Notes: generated by a model from the letters alone, not told the origin. DNA of 64,000 nucleotides from Eledone cirrhosa (GCA_964016885.1 OZ024746.1:84692001-84756000); one strand, 5' to 3'; shown: positions 1 to 14,426, numbered from the stretch's first letter. Program-made: numbers and translations.

Positions 1-270
1 CCACCACTTCTACCACCACAACCAAAACCACCACCACATCCACCTCCATCACAACCAGCACTACAACCACCACCACCACCACCAACACCACCACCATCAT
101 CACCACCAAAACCACCAACCACATCCACCATCACCACTACAACCACCACCACCAACAGCAACAACACCGAAACCATCACCAAAACCATCACCAAAACCAT
201 CACCACCACCACCACCAAAACCACCACCACCACCACCACCACCACCACCAACACCCCCATCATCATTATC
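1..270. repeat. Degenerate (CCA)n
   Basis: Direct inspection. Confidence 0.9.
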
Positions 271-527
271 ACCTCTGTCACCATATTAACTATCATCAAC
301 ACCTTCACAAAATGGCGGGCAAATATCAATGAAATCATACATCTCCGTCTTAAAGATAAACAGAAAGGACTCATTAGACCAAGTAGTCATAAGTACATTG
401 AAAACAAGACAAGATGGCTTCGGTTAGAACGTACTTCACCATAGATCTGCTCTATTTTAGCTGACTCAAATATACAATAACAATACATTTTTGTAGAATG
501 TAGTACTCAGACACACATGGATACTTA

Positions 528-872
528 CTGTATTTCCCGGCGTCGAAGACGCTACTTTATTCCTAAAATAAGTCTAAAAAATCTACCATGCGTCCTGGAG
601 TCGAAGGCGGTGGGTTGGCAGTATCGGTAGAGGGTTGGACGTCATGCTTTGCCACATAGAGTTACGGCCTTTAACTGTCTGAGTTCAAATCTCGCCGAGG
701 CTAACTTTGCCTTTCATCCTTACGGCGTTGATAAAATAAAGTACCAGTAATTCACTGGGAAATTGCTGGCCTTGTGCCAAAAGTAGAAACAATTATTTTT
801 TTTCAAATTTTTAGATGTCAAAATTAGGGTGCGTCCTCGAGGACGAAGTGTATTCGGCACCGGGAAATAGGG
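528..872. mobile_element. pogo/Tc1-mariner-type MITE with a nested SINE
   Basis: TA|CTGTATTTCCCGG ... CCGGGAAATAGGG|TA terminal inverted repeats with TA target duplication; SINE at 606-797 inside. Confidence 0.7.
606..797 (+). mobile_element. tRNA-derived SINE (major family)
   Basis: A-box-like TGGCAGTATCGG, B-box GAGTTCAAATC, core GCCTTTCATCCTTACGG.GT.GATAAAATAAAGTACCAG, end TGTGCCAAAAGTAGAAACAATTATT. Confidence 0.85.
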
Positions 873-939
873 TAGGTACAGATTGAACAATGTTATTCAA
901 CAAAACAGCCATCAGCCTCAATGACGGCCTAAATATGTC

Positions 940-1560
940 ATTGTAAACCATTGTATGTGTTTATCAGGTGAATCCTATTCATGCTCACTATAACGTCATC
1001 GATAATCGGTACTGTGGGTATGCTTGTTTGTTTACATCTAAACGCCGCCAGAGACGTACTACTTTAAGGAATTTAAATCTGGAGGCGTAAGTGACCAATG
1101 ATTGTGAAAATTTTCGGTCATTCACTCATGGACCCTACAAGCTGTTTGAGAGGGAACAATATCTTGTTGAAATACATAGTCCAGGGCTTGACAACTGTTT
1201 CCATCCTCTCAGAATAAGTGCTACCATTGAACCTAAACGTTTAGGGAAAAAAGTGGGAAGACATGACATGACATTTGCTTCACATGAGGTCCAAGAGAAA
1301 AACGGACAACGAGAATTTGCTGTGCATAACTGTATAACTGTGCAGACTTTAGCAAGGCTGTAGCAGAGTCACATGTAATTTCTTCTGTTCATCGTTTGAT
1401 TTTAGGCAAAGTTCTCATCTAAAACAAACAAACAAACAAACAAACAAACAAACAAACAATGCATGTTGGGATTCTAAGGGTGTTTGATCTTGTACAGAAA
1501 GTACAAGCTCAAGCTTCTGTAAGTTGGCTCCACTTAAAAATAGAATGTGAATTTCGTATA
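940..1560 (-). pseudogene. Decayed IS630-Tc1-mariner (maT/DD37D-like) transposase
   Basis: Minus-strand fragments LDENFA*NQTMNRRN (~1375-1423), FNGSTYSERMETVVKPW, FQQDIVPSQTA, PPDLNSL..YV in the order of the DDD catalytic domain; stops and frameshifts present. Confidence 0.7.
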
Positions 1561-1646
1561 TCTAAAGATATACGGTATGTTTAATAAACTGTATGTATGT
1601 ATGTTATGTCAGGTCGCTCTCGTTTGCTACTGGTAACATGTAACCC

Positions 1647-1894
1647 AGTACAACCTGTCTCATGGTCGGGTCGTCGGCGAATAAACCGGCAACCCCACCA
1701 AGTTTACTTGGTGAGGAGGGTGATTTTGGACACCTTGCAGGACAAAAAACAAAACCCGACAAAGGGCGGAAGAAGTCAAAAGAGTCAACGGCCATCCCAA
1801 AATGTGTAAATATGTATATACATGTACGCATGTGTACACACGCACGCACACACGCACACACACACGCACACACACACACGCACACACACACACA

Positions 1895-1970
<76 letters not shown>

Positions 1971-2388
1971 CATACATACATATATATATATATAGATATA
2001 TATATATATAGATATAGATATATATATATTTATATATGAATATATGTATATACGTGTATGCATGTGTATGTATATGCGCGGGGACATAGAAATAGTCGGG
2101 CTGGACATCCGATCGCGCAGTTATACCACTGGGAGCGAAGGACCCCTAGCCTTTGTCAGGGCATTCTTCTAGGAGAAGGCAACTCAGAAAACTGGGATAA
2201 CTCCGATATAAAACCTGCGGCGCAGTAATTACCGATGATGTTGATCTTTTCCTCTTTTCGGGTTATAGCTACTGTCGCTCAGAGAGTGGGATTGGCTCAG
2301 TGCACAGTCTTTCCTCACTTAAAAAAGAATCTTCACGCACAGGCATTGCACGATAGAATTAATTGATAATTATTAATAATGGTATATC
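1647..2388 (+). mobile_element. RTE-like LINE 5'-UTR-type repeat split by a (CA)n/(TA)n tract
   Basis: 1647-1803 and 2141-2388 are homologous to 21346-21710 and 21120-21255. The ctaggagaagg.aaactc motif resembles RTE 5' regions; family assignment is from recall. Confidence 0.55.
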
Positions 2389-2478
2389 GCGCATGTATGT
2401 ATGCATGTATATATGTGTGTGTATATATATATATGTATATATATATATATGTATGCATGTGTGTATGTATGTATATGC

Positions 2479-2513
<35 letters not shown>

Positions 2514-2561
2514 TATATTACACGTACACATACACACACATATATATATAGACACACCCAC

Positions 2562-2632
<71 letters not shown>

Positions 2633-2831
2633 TATGTATACGTACATACATATATGTATACAGACGTACAGTAGTATGTATATATACATACATGCACACA
2701 TATATATATGTACGTATGGATTCACCGAACATTTATTATAATGCTCGGTGTGTTTGTAAACAAACATCCTGAATTAAGCCGTACAGTGTCTAGCAACCAT
2801 CATTGCTCATTTGTTCAACACCGACAAAGGA

Positions 2832-2874
2832 ACGCTGTACTAGTTTCAAGCTTATTAGCTATCGTCAGCAACGT
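2832..2874 (-). ncRNA. Type I hammerhead ribozyme motif (left arm of palindrome A)
   Basis: Exact reverse complement of the 3172-3214 motif. Confidence 0.8.
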
Positions 2875-3171
2875 ATACCTTCCTGCCAGATGGTTGAACG
2901 TCTGAAAGTATATACTTTCCTTATGCATATTAACGGCTGAGCAGCCTAATTTGCATATCGAGTGAGTTAATCGATGTGCGTATACATACTTATATTTAAG
3001 TAACAGCCGTACTAAGAGTGAGAAATGAAATTTCGTTTCATTTTTTCCGTTTATCGTTTTCGGTACCCCGGCAGATTAACTCACTCGATATGCAAATTAG
3101 GCTGCTCAGCCGTTAATATGCATAAGGAAAGTATATACTTTCAGACGTTCAACCACCTGGCAGGAAGGTAT

Positions 3172-3214
3172 ACGTTGCTGACGATAGCTAATAAGCTTGA
3201 AACTAGTACAGCGT
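3172..3214 (+). ncRNA. Type I hammerhead ribozyme motif (right arm of palindrome A)
   Basis: acgttg-CTGACGA-t agct aata agct t-GAAA-ctag-TA-cagcgt: stem I 6 bp, stem II AGCT/AGCT closed by U.U, palindromic minimal stem III (ACTAGT), GUA triplet, predicted cut after 3208. Confidence 0.8.
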
Positions 3215-3481
3215 TCCTTTGTCAGTGTTGAACAAACGAGCAACGAAGGTTGCTAGACACTACGGCTTAATACGGGATGTTTGTTTACAAACACACCGAG
3301 CATTATAATAAATGTTCGGTGAATCCATACGTACATATATATATATGTGTGCATGTATGTATATATATATATATACATACTACTGTACGTCTGTATACAT
3401 ATATGTACGTACGTATACATACTTATATTTAAGTAACAGCCGTACTAAGAGTGAAAAATCAAATTTCGTTTCATTTTTTCC

Positions 3482-3512
<31 letters not shown>

Positions 3513-3603
3513 CTCAAACAGAGTGAGTGTGAGACAAGGTGATAAAAGAGGCATCAGAGACATAAGTGGAGAGATAGGTGGATAGATAGAGAGAGAGAGA
3601 GAA

Positions 3604-3644
<41 letters not shown>

Positions 3645-4010
3645 AAGGGGAGAAAGTGAAAGAGAAAGACGTTTGTTTTGTGAGGATTAGATGATGGGTT
3701 TCAAGAAGTCCTGACGTACATAATGCGTCTAATTAAAATCTCATTACTTCTGATTGGTAAATTCTTCATTTTGCCGGCTTTTCTAGTAGATCTTTAATCT
3801 AACTTCATTTATATAACCAATTACTGAAATTAATTTGTTTATTAATTAGAAAATTTATTGATGCTTAAACTGTCAGCCACTAACGACGTTGCTAATTGGT
3901 TGACACAATTAAAGTCGCTTCTAAGAATATTTTCGAGATTTTTCGTTGTTGTGGCGGTCCATCCACTACAAAATTTGTAAAGAAACCCCTCCCCCTAAAA
4001 AAACTAAGAT

Positions 4011-4882
4011 TAATAATGGTTTCTTATATAGGCTCAAGGCTAGCAATTTTGGGGGAGGAGAAAGTCGATTAAATCGATCTCAGTGCGTGACTGCTACTTT
4101 ATTTTATCGACCCCGTAAAAATGAAAGGCAAAGATAGCCTCGGTGGGATTTGAACACAGAACATAAAGGACCGTGACTCTATGTCGCAAAGCATGTTGTC
4201 TGACGTACGAGGGATATGGACAATCCACCGCTCTAAAAATAACGATTTCTATTATAGGCGCAATGCCAGCAATTTTGTGAGAGGGGAAATTCGATTAAAT
4301 CGTCACCCAGTGAGGTACTGATGCTTTATATACAAACCCCGTAAAAATGAAAAGCAAAGCTAACCGATACTAACAACCAACCGCCATAAGAATAATGGTT
4401 TCTGATTTAGACCATAGGCCAACGATTTTAGGGGAGGGGATAGTCGATTAAATTGGCCCCCAGTACGATTGAGGTACGTTATTATATCGACTGCGTAAGA
4501 ATGAAAGGCAAAACTAACCTCAGCGGGATTTAAAATCAGAACGTAAAGGGCCGTAATTCTATGCCACAAAGCATGGTGTCTGATGCTCTACCGATACTGC
4601 CAATCAATAATTGTTTCTACTTTTGGCACAAGGCCAGTAATTACCCAGTGCATTACTGGTACTTTATTTTATCGACCCCGTAAGGATGAAAGGCAAAGTT
4701 AACCTTCGATACTGCCAATCAATAATGACAATAATAACGGTTTCTGATTTAGATACATAGGCCAATAATTTGAAGGGAGTGGAAATCGATTAACTCGACT
4801 CTAGTTTCTTACTGGTACTTTAATATATCGACCCCGTAAAGATGAAAGGAAAAGCCAACCTCGGCGGGATTTGAACTCAGTC
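4011..4882 (-). mobile_element. Head-to-tail cluster of about 5 major-family SINE copies or fragments
   Basis: Repeated ttatcgaccccgtaa..atgaaaggcaaag..aacctc motif at ~4105, ~4335, ~4485, ~4670 and ~4825. Confidence 0.8.
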
Positions 4883-5106
4883 GGTCAGTAAGTCGAACAT
4901 TGAAATTATACAAAGCCTTTATAGAATTTAGCAATAGAGACTATTCGAACGTTGCTGTCTGATCCTAGTTATAAAACTTTGTTGTTTTGCAAGCAGTCCC
5001 CCCCCCCCTTATAGGATGGATTCAAAGACTAGAAGCAAAAAAAAAAAAAACATCCATGCATCCTTACCTACCTACCTACATATATATATATATATATGCA
5101 TATAAG

Positions 5107-5145
<39 letters not shown>

Positions 5146-5238
5146 TATATATGTGTATATATATATATGTGTATATATATATATGTGTATATATATATTA
5201 TATATGTGTATATATATTATAAATGTGTATATATATTA

Positions 5239-5287
<49 letters not shown>

Positions 5288-5829
5288 AGAGAGAGAGAGA
5301 GAGAGAGAGATAAAATAAACGAAATGAATGTAGACTTGTATGCCACGCACGTTTGGAGAAACGCCAGCAAAGGAATCTAATACAATCGACATTAAAGGAG
5401 AAGTGAAAAGGCGATTAGGTAACATTTAGTGAAAAATTGAATTATCTCTCCAAGAAGTGTTACCAAAGAAATTCTCTCTTTAAGTTAATATCCTTCTAAC
5501 CTTTGCCAAGAGCCGTTTTGTTTAATTAGCTGACGCAGAACCGTCTCCAAGGCAACTTACATTCGCAGTTCTTAGCCTTTTCAGTTTTCTTTAGAAGCAG
5601 CGCTCTTCAACTCCATCGAAGTAAAGTAAGCTATGTTGACTCTATTGAGTGAAATAAATATAATATAATATAAAAAAATGATCGTTTTAATCAAGTTGCT
5701 GATGCTAGCCTTAAATAATAGGTTTATCGAACTTTATTCTAAAGGTGTAGACGATTAGTAGCTCGGTGGCGAGCGCTATGTCTATGTATATCAAGGCACT
5801 TAGCGATAGCTGGATCAATCTATATTGTC

Positions 5830-6260
5830 TTATATAGATATCGTAAATAGATTTAACCAATCACTATAAGTAATTGGAGCGCCACATAAATCTATTTCTT
5901 TTGTCTAACCAAAATTTAATTTTGAAGATATTAGGTAGAATCGATTGCATTATCTGCACAAGTTTTGTTTTTCTTTTGTAGCCTAGCATTTCATCCACTT
6001 CAGTACTGGGTCCACATTCATGTATATTGATATGAGCTAGATGTTTTCCCAATCAACGCGTCATTCCATCAGATGCTGAGTTCAACTCTAGTCTCTTGGG
6101 TTGGAAGCTTCCTGTTTGATTACACTATTGTAGCATACGGAGTTAAGGCTCTCTTTGATTCACAACTCTGATGTGTACCGAGGCTGGGTTATTTTACTTA
6201 CACTTTTTTGACTGCACATCACCGAACAATTTAGTATCGTCATCATCTCGTAACCTAGAC
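5830..6260 (-). mobile_element. Degenerate CR1/L2-type LINE RT fragment
   Basis: Minus-strand DDTKLFG (~6222-6245), a degenerate RDLGV-like stretch and EMLG..R; heavily decayed. Confidence 0.4.
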
Positions 6261-6706
6261 ACATCACGTCAAACCTGCACTGCTTCTATGGGCCAATGCC
6301 TCCTCTTAGAGGGTGCTGGAAGCGGATAGATCACCTCACCTGTTCCTTCTACAAGAAGTTGAAGAACAGACGTTCCAATTTTGTGAAGTGCGATCTGGGG
6401 CAGGGTACGACGGTCAAACGGTATTAGGTATCTCCCTCTCGACCCTCTGGGTGGTGAAAGTGATGGCTTCTCATGAAAAGAAAAAAATACGGACATGGTA
6501 CTGGAAGCCAAGGACCGACCAATATATAATACAACATGGTACGGAAATAAATAGAATATTTCAATAGTGGTATATTTAATAAACTTCCAGAGGGATAAAA
6601 GTTAAAATCAATTTCGGCAGGATTTGAGCTCAGAACGTAAAAGAATAGTAACTAATAATTGGAAAGCCTTCTGTTAGAGTTCCTAACAATCTTCTCAGTC
6701 AATCCA

Positions 6707-6742
<36 letters not shown>

Positions 6743-7487
6743 GCACAGACACACAGAGCCCCCCCCCCATATATATATATATATATATAATAGGAGGTTG
6801 ACGGGACTAGCCTAAGGTTACCCTGCTGGTATCGGTTGCATCTCAGTGTATTCAATAAATCCCAGAGTAGATACAAAGTTATTTACCTCAATACAACACA
6901 CGTAAATGGGTACCACAAATGTATACCGGTTCTCGAGTTTCGGCCACATTTAATGCAGCAGCAAGAGAGCATATAGCATACATAGTCTGCATTTATTATG
7001 CAATAATGCACAATCGGTGCATGTGGCTTTATCAGCGGGTCTCGCTTAATCAATAACCAATCGATCAGTATATATATGTATATTGCTTATCATGATTTGT
7101 GCCTAATTTTTACTCTTTTAACAGCCTTAACTGTGGAATAACATCCAAGATACATTGGAAATATTTAACACAATGAAACAATGTTATACAGATCTATAAA
7201 TATACGAAACAAAATAGAAACAGAAAATTTATAAAATATGGAATTCACATGGGTCCCAAGAGTATACATGGTTTCTAATTCAGGCACAAAGCCAGATTAT
7301 TTTTTTGGTGGGGAGAGGGAATTGATTACATCTACCCCATCACTTGACCGACAATCTATCAACTCAAGAAAGGGAATCTTGACCTCGGCAAGATAAAAAC
7401 TCGGAGCATAAGTTGCAGGAACAAATACAACGTGGCATTTCTTTTACCACGCTATTCAGCCAATTCAACACTATAACCCTGCGAGAA

Positions 7488-7900
7488 ATAATGGTTTCTG
7501 ATTTAGGCACAAGGCCAACAATTTTGGTGGGAGGAGAAAGTGGATTAAATCGACTCCAATGTTTTACGGGTACTTTATTTATCGACCCCGTAAGGATGAA
7601 AGGCAAAGCTAACCACGGTGGAATTTGAACTCAGAACATAAAGGGCCATAACTTTATGCTGCAAAGCATGGCGTCCGGCCCTCTACCGATACTGCCAATC
7701 CACTGCCCTGCGAGTAATAAAAATTGTTTCTACTTTTGACACAAGGCCAGCAATTATCCCAGTTCATAATTGGTACTTTATTTTATCGACCCCGTAAGGA
7801 TGAAAGGAAAAGTTAACCTCGGCGGGATTTGAACTCAGACCATAAAGGGGCGTAACTCTATGCTTCAAAGCATTGCGTCCGACCTTCTACTGCCAATCCA
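7488..7900 (-). mobile_element. Two tandem major-family SINEs
   Basis: Copies at 7488-7710 (long form) and 7720-7900 (short form). Confidence 0.85.
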
Positions 7901-9539
7901 ATGATTGTTTACTTCTGCAAAATGTAGAAAACAAATGAGATTAAGTAACAGTCGATTTAATCAACCCCGATACTTCACAGATACTTTATTTTACCGAACC
8001 CGGACCAATGAAAATCGATGTCGACCATGGAAAGATTTGAACCCAGAACACAAGGGTTTCAAACTAAATACGACAACAACGAAAAGAACAACAAAAAGAG
8101 AACAAACTAAAGGAAACCACGTAACTTTTATTATTCAGGCTATGTGACCTTAAACTTGTTGAGTCTTTTAGCAAGCTAAACAAGCATTTGTGTTGTTTGT
8201 AAATAGCCCGACATTATACGCATGCGCTTTATATGAAGCGATAATCAAACAGGGTTTAACAAAAGTGGTAGTGGGAGGCACTTCAACAAGTCATACACTC
8301 ATATATAACCTTTTGCATTTTTCTCCAATCGTTGTCCACAATCATAAACGATTCAGTGACCTTTTAGCTTTTGTGTTCGTCCCCCCCCCCCACTCTTTCT
8401 TTTTCTACAATTCTTCTTCCTCTCTTTCTTTTTGTTCTTCATTTCCTCATCGATTTATTCAATCAGCTACCACTTCAAATTGAACACCACGAACGTCGGA
8501 AAAGGTCTTCCTTGCTTAGTTGTCTTCTTCTTCTTCTTCTTCTTCTTCTTCTTCTTCTTCTTCTTCTTTCATCGTAGCGTTCTCCCCCCCCCCTTCCATC
8601 TCTAACTCTATCACTAGTTTGCTCTCATGTTTGTTTGCCTTCCATTGTTCTATATGTGTCTTTCTTTCTCTGCATCATTCTACATTCAAATGCAATCATA
8701 CACTAACACGCACACGCACGTACACATACATTCATACACTCACACATTCACACACACGCATATACGAACGCAAACACATACGCACCCCCCATACGTAAAC
8801 AACAACAACACACACACACAGACCCATATATATATATATATATGCGTGTGTGTTTATGTGAAACTTGAAGAAATCCTTGAAATTACAGGAAAACCAACTA
8901 TTTAGACGTAATAAATGTTTTCCTCTATTTGCAAAACTCACTCAGAGTTGTTGATGCTGATATTTTTAGCACATCAAGTGACCACATAGAGGCTGCTTCA
9001 TTGGCTCGAGACTTTCAAGGTTTTAAAGTCTGTGTAGAAGGACCCTGAAGCATATTCCGATTAGTAAGGGACAGATAGAATAACCTTATTTTTTTCAGGA
9101 AAGTGAACGGATCTTTTAAGATACTTTCTAAGGTTTTTGTTGGTCAGTTATGATCATGCACCTGAACCTGGAAAGTTCCTCTTTATGGTGTAAGGGTGGG
9201 CAAGATTTTATATAGACCAAGGTGACCTCAGAGCATAAAGAAGTGGAACAACAACCCTAATGTATTTTTGTCAAATGCTCTTCAATTTCCGCCAATCCAC
9301 TGCTCTGGAATGGTTCTTTGTAAATGACATGGAAGTTAAAATTGATCTCGATGAGATTTGAACATATAAGTTAAAGAACCAGAAGAAAATAACACAACAC
9401 GTTTTGTTCAACGCTTTTACGGACTCGATAAAATTAAATACCAGTAATGCACTGGGGTCGATTCAATCGACCTTCACCTTCCCCCTAAATTGTTGGCCTT
9501 TTGCCTAAATCAGAAACCATTATTATTATTATACGGGAA

Positions 9540-9998
9540 TGTGTGTGATTCACACAGCCTAACTATGCTTCTCCTCCGATCTTGCCACTTTAAAGCGAAT
9601 GCTCTGAGTTCAACGTTTTTGTTCGTAATATCCTCTATATGTTTGATGTAGCTTTTTCTTGGGTGGCCTCTCCTGATCTTGCCATTCTCTGGATCGTAGA
9701 GGGCAAACTGTTAGACCAATCGTTTGTTTGCTCTTAGCCAATGTCCTAAACTTCTTAGCTGTCATGTGTAATGATTCATGATCAGTGGCTGTCACAGTTC
9801 TTCGTTTGATGATTTCAAACAATAGCGTGCAATAGCCTTTGACAAATTCTGCAACACATGAGGGTCACTCAGCATTACACTAAATCTAAAGTTACAACAC
9901 TTTGACTCGCTCAACCTGTCTATATCGCTTTATAAAGCTGAGTCATGAAGAGTTACCAAACGTCTGGCAAATATGCTGAACACTTTTGGTACCACCTG
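9540..9998 (-). mobile_element. Tc1-like transposon 5' fragment
   Basis: Minus strand begins CAGGTGGTACCAAAAGTGTT (Tc1-type TIR), followed by a degenerate RSG.RP.K linker at ~9655-9685. Confidence 0.4.
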
Positions 9999-10367
9999 CT
10001 AAACTATTTCCTAATATTTTTTCTTAGGTCCTGAAAACAGCCAAGGGCAATGTCTTTCTTCCTGGCTAGGCAATAAAAAAATGTCTTCTAGGGTCCATAA
10101 AAAGGATAGAAAACAGGACAATATTTTCTTGAAGTATTTGGTTCCATTTTTATAATTTGAGTACAAGTTTGTAGGACTTGCCAGTCAAGTACTGTGGTCA
10201 CTCTGTAACCCAGGTCCACTCTATGTCCAGTCGATTTTCCCCTGAAATTCCTTTCCTAGAAGCATCAGTTACTCACGGTTTAAATAGAACAGTTAAAAGC
10301 ATCGATCTCACCAATCTCGGAGGACCCGTGAAAGGGATTACCGGAGTCCTTTACTGCAGAATAAACT

Positions 10368-10559
10368 AATAATTGTTTCTACTTTTGGCACAAGGCCAGC
10401 AATTATGCCAGTGCATTACTGGTACTTTATTTTATCGACCCCGTAAGGATGAAAGGCAAAGTTAGCCTCGGCAGGATTTGAACTCAGATTAGAAAGGGGC
10501 GTAATTCTGTGCTGCAAAGCATGTTGTCCGACCCTCTACCGATGCTGCCAAACCACCGC
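10368..10559 (-). mobile_element. Major-family SINE, full length
   Basis: Reverse complement of the 12119-12310 consensus. Confidence 0.9.
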
Positions 10560-10958
10560 TAATAATACTATGAGAAATGTAATGGCGGTAATGTGCGTGC
10601 GATAGAAAAACACACTCAGGATTGACATTTATAATTATTTTTCTTTAATATAACTTTTCATACACATTAAAAACTAAGCCAGAACAACAAACATTAAAAT
10701 TTAAAAATCAACAAGTACAATAATAACAAGAATACCAACCATAACAAGAGCAACTCCGCCCAATAATAAACAAAACATTTTATTCATTTTTCGGAATGTA
10801 ATAAATAAAATTCAGTTTCCTACATCAGTTTTTTTTTCTGAAATATCGGCCATTGGATTTTACATTTAAATGCCTCAAAAATATTACCTTAATTCAGAGC
10901 GCTGTCATACACATACACAGACGTACACAATTCATGACTATATCTATATTATAAGCAA

Positions 10959-11024
<66 letters not shown>

Positions 11025-11231
11025 TTATGTGTGTTTATGTGTGTGTTAAATGTGTATAAATAGAAATTTAAATACATCAAAATACGTCCATATTCACATA
11101 TATGAACAATCACAGTCAGATATACATATCGACATATTTATATAAATGTACATACATATATGTGTTCATTTCACCAACTATACGCATTTATAAATTCACA
11201 CATGTACACAGTTACACAGACCCCTCCTCCC

Positions 11232-11300
<69 letters not shown>

Positions 11301-11701
11301 CCTGAGTGTGTTTATATTGAATTTGGTATGTGTGCCATTGCACTAAAACGAATTAATCGAATCTTTTATATGAGAACCCGCAATATTTATTTTAGAAGAG
11401 CAGGTAATAACAGTCTAGATTAACTTACCATAGTAATTCTGTTCAATCTATTTATAGTCAGTTTTGAATAAAGAGGCAACATTTTAGAGTTGTTTTCAGA
11501 AAAAAGCTGAAGAAATTGAAATGGCTTTTTAAATAAATATATATCGTTCTTTTAAAATTCGTTTATTAGTTTTTGTACAACTATTTAAACTTCACATATA
11601 TACTGGCATTGCTTAAATATATTAAAAGTTCATCCACATCTATCTATTTGTGTAGTCTTCAAATCAATCTCTCCCCCTCTCTCTCTCTCTTTCTCTCACT
11701 C

Positions 11702-11758
<57 letters not shown>

Positions 11759-11759
11759 C

Positions 11760-11801
<42 letters not shown>

Positions 11802-11843
11802 CCTCTCTCTCTCTCTCTCTCTCTCACTCTCTCTCTCTCTCTT

Positions 11844-11890
<47 letters not shown>

Positions 11891-12118
11891 CATACAAATA
11901 AATGTATGCATATGCACACACACACACACGCACCCGCATATATATACATACGCGTCAGCGTATGAAAAAACATTCTAGTATGTAAGAATTCTTTTACCTG
12001 CCATATATTTGTTGCTACCGTTTCTCTATTATTCTTTAATATTTACCTATTCCATTTCCCTTGCTACTATATTTATACGTTTTTACTATCATTGTACTAT
12101 TATTATTAACTTTAGGAA

Positions 12119-12490
12119 GGGCGGTGGATTGGCAGTATCGGTAGAGGGTCGGACGCCATGCTTTCCAGCATAGTTACGTCCCTTTACGATCTGAGTTCAA
12201 ATCCCGCCGAGGTTGACTTTGCCTTTCATCCTTACGGGGTCGATAAAATAAAGTACCAGTAATGCACTGGGTAATTGCTGGCCTTGTGCCAAAAGTAGAA
12301 ACAATTATTATACTGGCCTGGGCGGTGGATTGGCAGTATCGGTAGAGGGTCGGACACCATGCTTTGCCATTCTGAGTTCAAATCCCGCCGAGGTTAACTT
12401 TGCCTTTCATCCTTACGGAGTCGATGAAATAAAGTACCAGTAATCTACTGAGTATTTGCTGGCCTTGCGCCAAAATTAGAAACAATTATT
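12119..12490 (+). mobile_element. Two tandem major-family SINEs
   Basis: 12119-12310 and 12320-12490, each GGCGGTGGATTGGCAGTATCGG ... AGAAACAATTATT. Confidence 0.9.
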
Positions 12491-12629
12491 GTATAATGAA
12501 CTATTGATAACGGTACATAGTTCCTATCCTCCCTTATGATTCATGTTTACTCACACACGACGTGCACACGCACATAACTAACAATCTATCAATTTGCCAA
12601 TCTCTTAATCTCTCAATCATTTATTCTCT

Positions 12630-12668
<39 letters not shown>

Positions 12669-12674
12669 ACCCCC

Positions 12675-12712
<38 letters not shown>

Positions 12713-12776
12713 GTGTGAGTGTGTAAGTGTGTGCGTGCGTGTGTGTGTGTGTTCCTATATATATGTTTGTACATAC

Positions 12777-12812
<36 letters not shown>

Positions 12813-12813
12813 A

Positions 12814-12863
<50 letters not shown>

Positions 12864-13319
12864 TTATATCCAAGAAATTCCTCATCTTCCGCCTGGCTAC
12901 TCCATCTAATTTACAGACAGCGTGGTCAGCACCGGACAACAAGTCGCCAATGACAACACCATAGTCAATATGAATGAAATCTTATAATATCCTGCTTCTT
13001 TCACTCAGCACCATATCACCCCCGCCCACACACCCACTCTCGATCTCCGAACGCTGACCTTGTTCTCCCACCTACTCTGAAAACCTGTAATAGTGCCCTG
13101 CAGACGGTTTCAAAATTAGTCGCTACCTGCCCACAGCCAAAACGGCACCATCGAGAGCCAATTAGCGCCACCTATGTAATCTACCTATATTAACACATTC
13201 TGGTTCACCATCAATATAACAAACCAGCATCGCCAAATCCATCATCATTATCGTTGCCGTAACCTTTACCTCACCCCATTGCCATAACCCACAGCACCAG
13301 CACCAGCCCAGGCACTAGC

Positions 13320-14080
13320 AGCCTCACCACCACCACCACCACCACGACGACGACGACAACCACCACCACCGCCACCGCCAACACCATCGACCACCAACAC
13401 CATCTACCACCACCACCACCACCACCACCGCCACCAACACCATCTACCACCACCACCACCATCTACCACCCCCACCACCCCCACTACCACCCCCATCTAC
13501 CACCATCTACTACCACCACCACCACCACCTTCTAACACCACCACCACCACCACTACCACCACCTTCTACCACCACCACCAACACTACTACCACCATCTAC
13601 CACCACCACCACCACCAACACCATATACCACCACCACCACCACCGCCACCAACACCATCTACAACCACCACCACCAACACCATCTACCACCACCACCACC
13701 ACCACCACCACCACCACCACCATAACCACCACCACCACCATCTACCACCACCACCAACACCATCTACCACCGCCACAATTACTACCACCACCACTACCAC
13801 CACCATCTACACCACCACCACCACCAACACCATCTACCACCACCACCACCACCACCACCACCACCACCATAACCACCACCACCATCTACCACCACCACCA
13901 ACACCATCTACCACCACCACCACCGCCACAATTACTACCACCACCACTACCACCACCACTACCACCACCATCTACACCACCACCACCACCAACACCATCT
14001 ACCACCACCACCACCACCACCATCTACCATCTACCACCACCACCATCTACCATCTACCACCACCACCACCACCACACACA
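13320..14080. repeat. Degenerate (CCA)n with recurring caccatcta subunit
   Basis: Direct inspection. Confidence 0.9.
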
Positions 14081-14426
14081 TCATTATCACGACACTAGCT
14101 AATACCAACGTTACCAAATCCATCATTGTCACAAATGCAAAAATTCAAGTCCACACCCCACACCATACCACTGTCGCCAGACCCCCAACCACCATCGTGG
14201 CTGGAACGCCAACCACCACTTTCACCACCACCACAACCACCATTTTCACTACCAGCAGCACCACTATCACTGCCACCCCCTCTACCAACACCACCGCCAC
14301 AACTAAAGATATCTAATACTAATTAAAGACTATATACTAAATTTCACCTCCACGATCACACATTCAGAAACACACAAATTTACAGATACAAACATACTAA
14401 CAACTACGCCCTCTCATACACACACG

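Larger units (their letters stand above)
2628..3486. mobile_element. Fold-back element A: ~345-bp inverted arms plus direct duplication, probable Penelope-like pLTR relic
   Basis: Arms ~2628-2972 and ~3074-3426 are near-perfect reverse complements. Spacer segment 2979-3053 recurs directly at 3412-3486. (TA)n on both flanks; hammerhead in each arm. Confidence 0.75.

Noticed and set aside
11503-11530. CTGAAGA-aatt-GAAA motif
   Set aside because: No room for stem II and no UH cleavage site; chance match.
12119-12210. tRNA gene (A and B boxes present)
   Set aside because: No cloverleaf; it is the head of a multicopy SINE.
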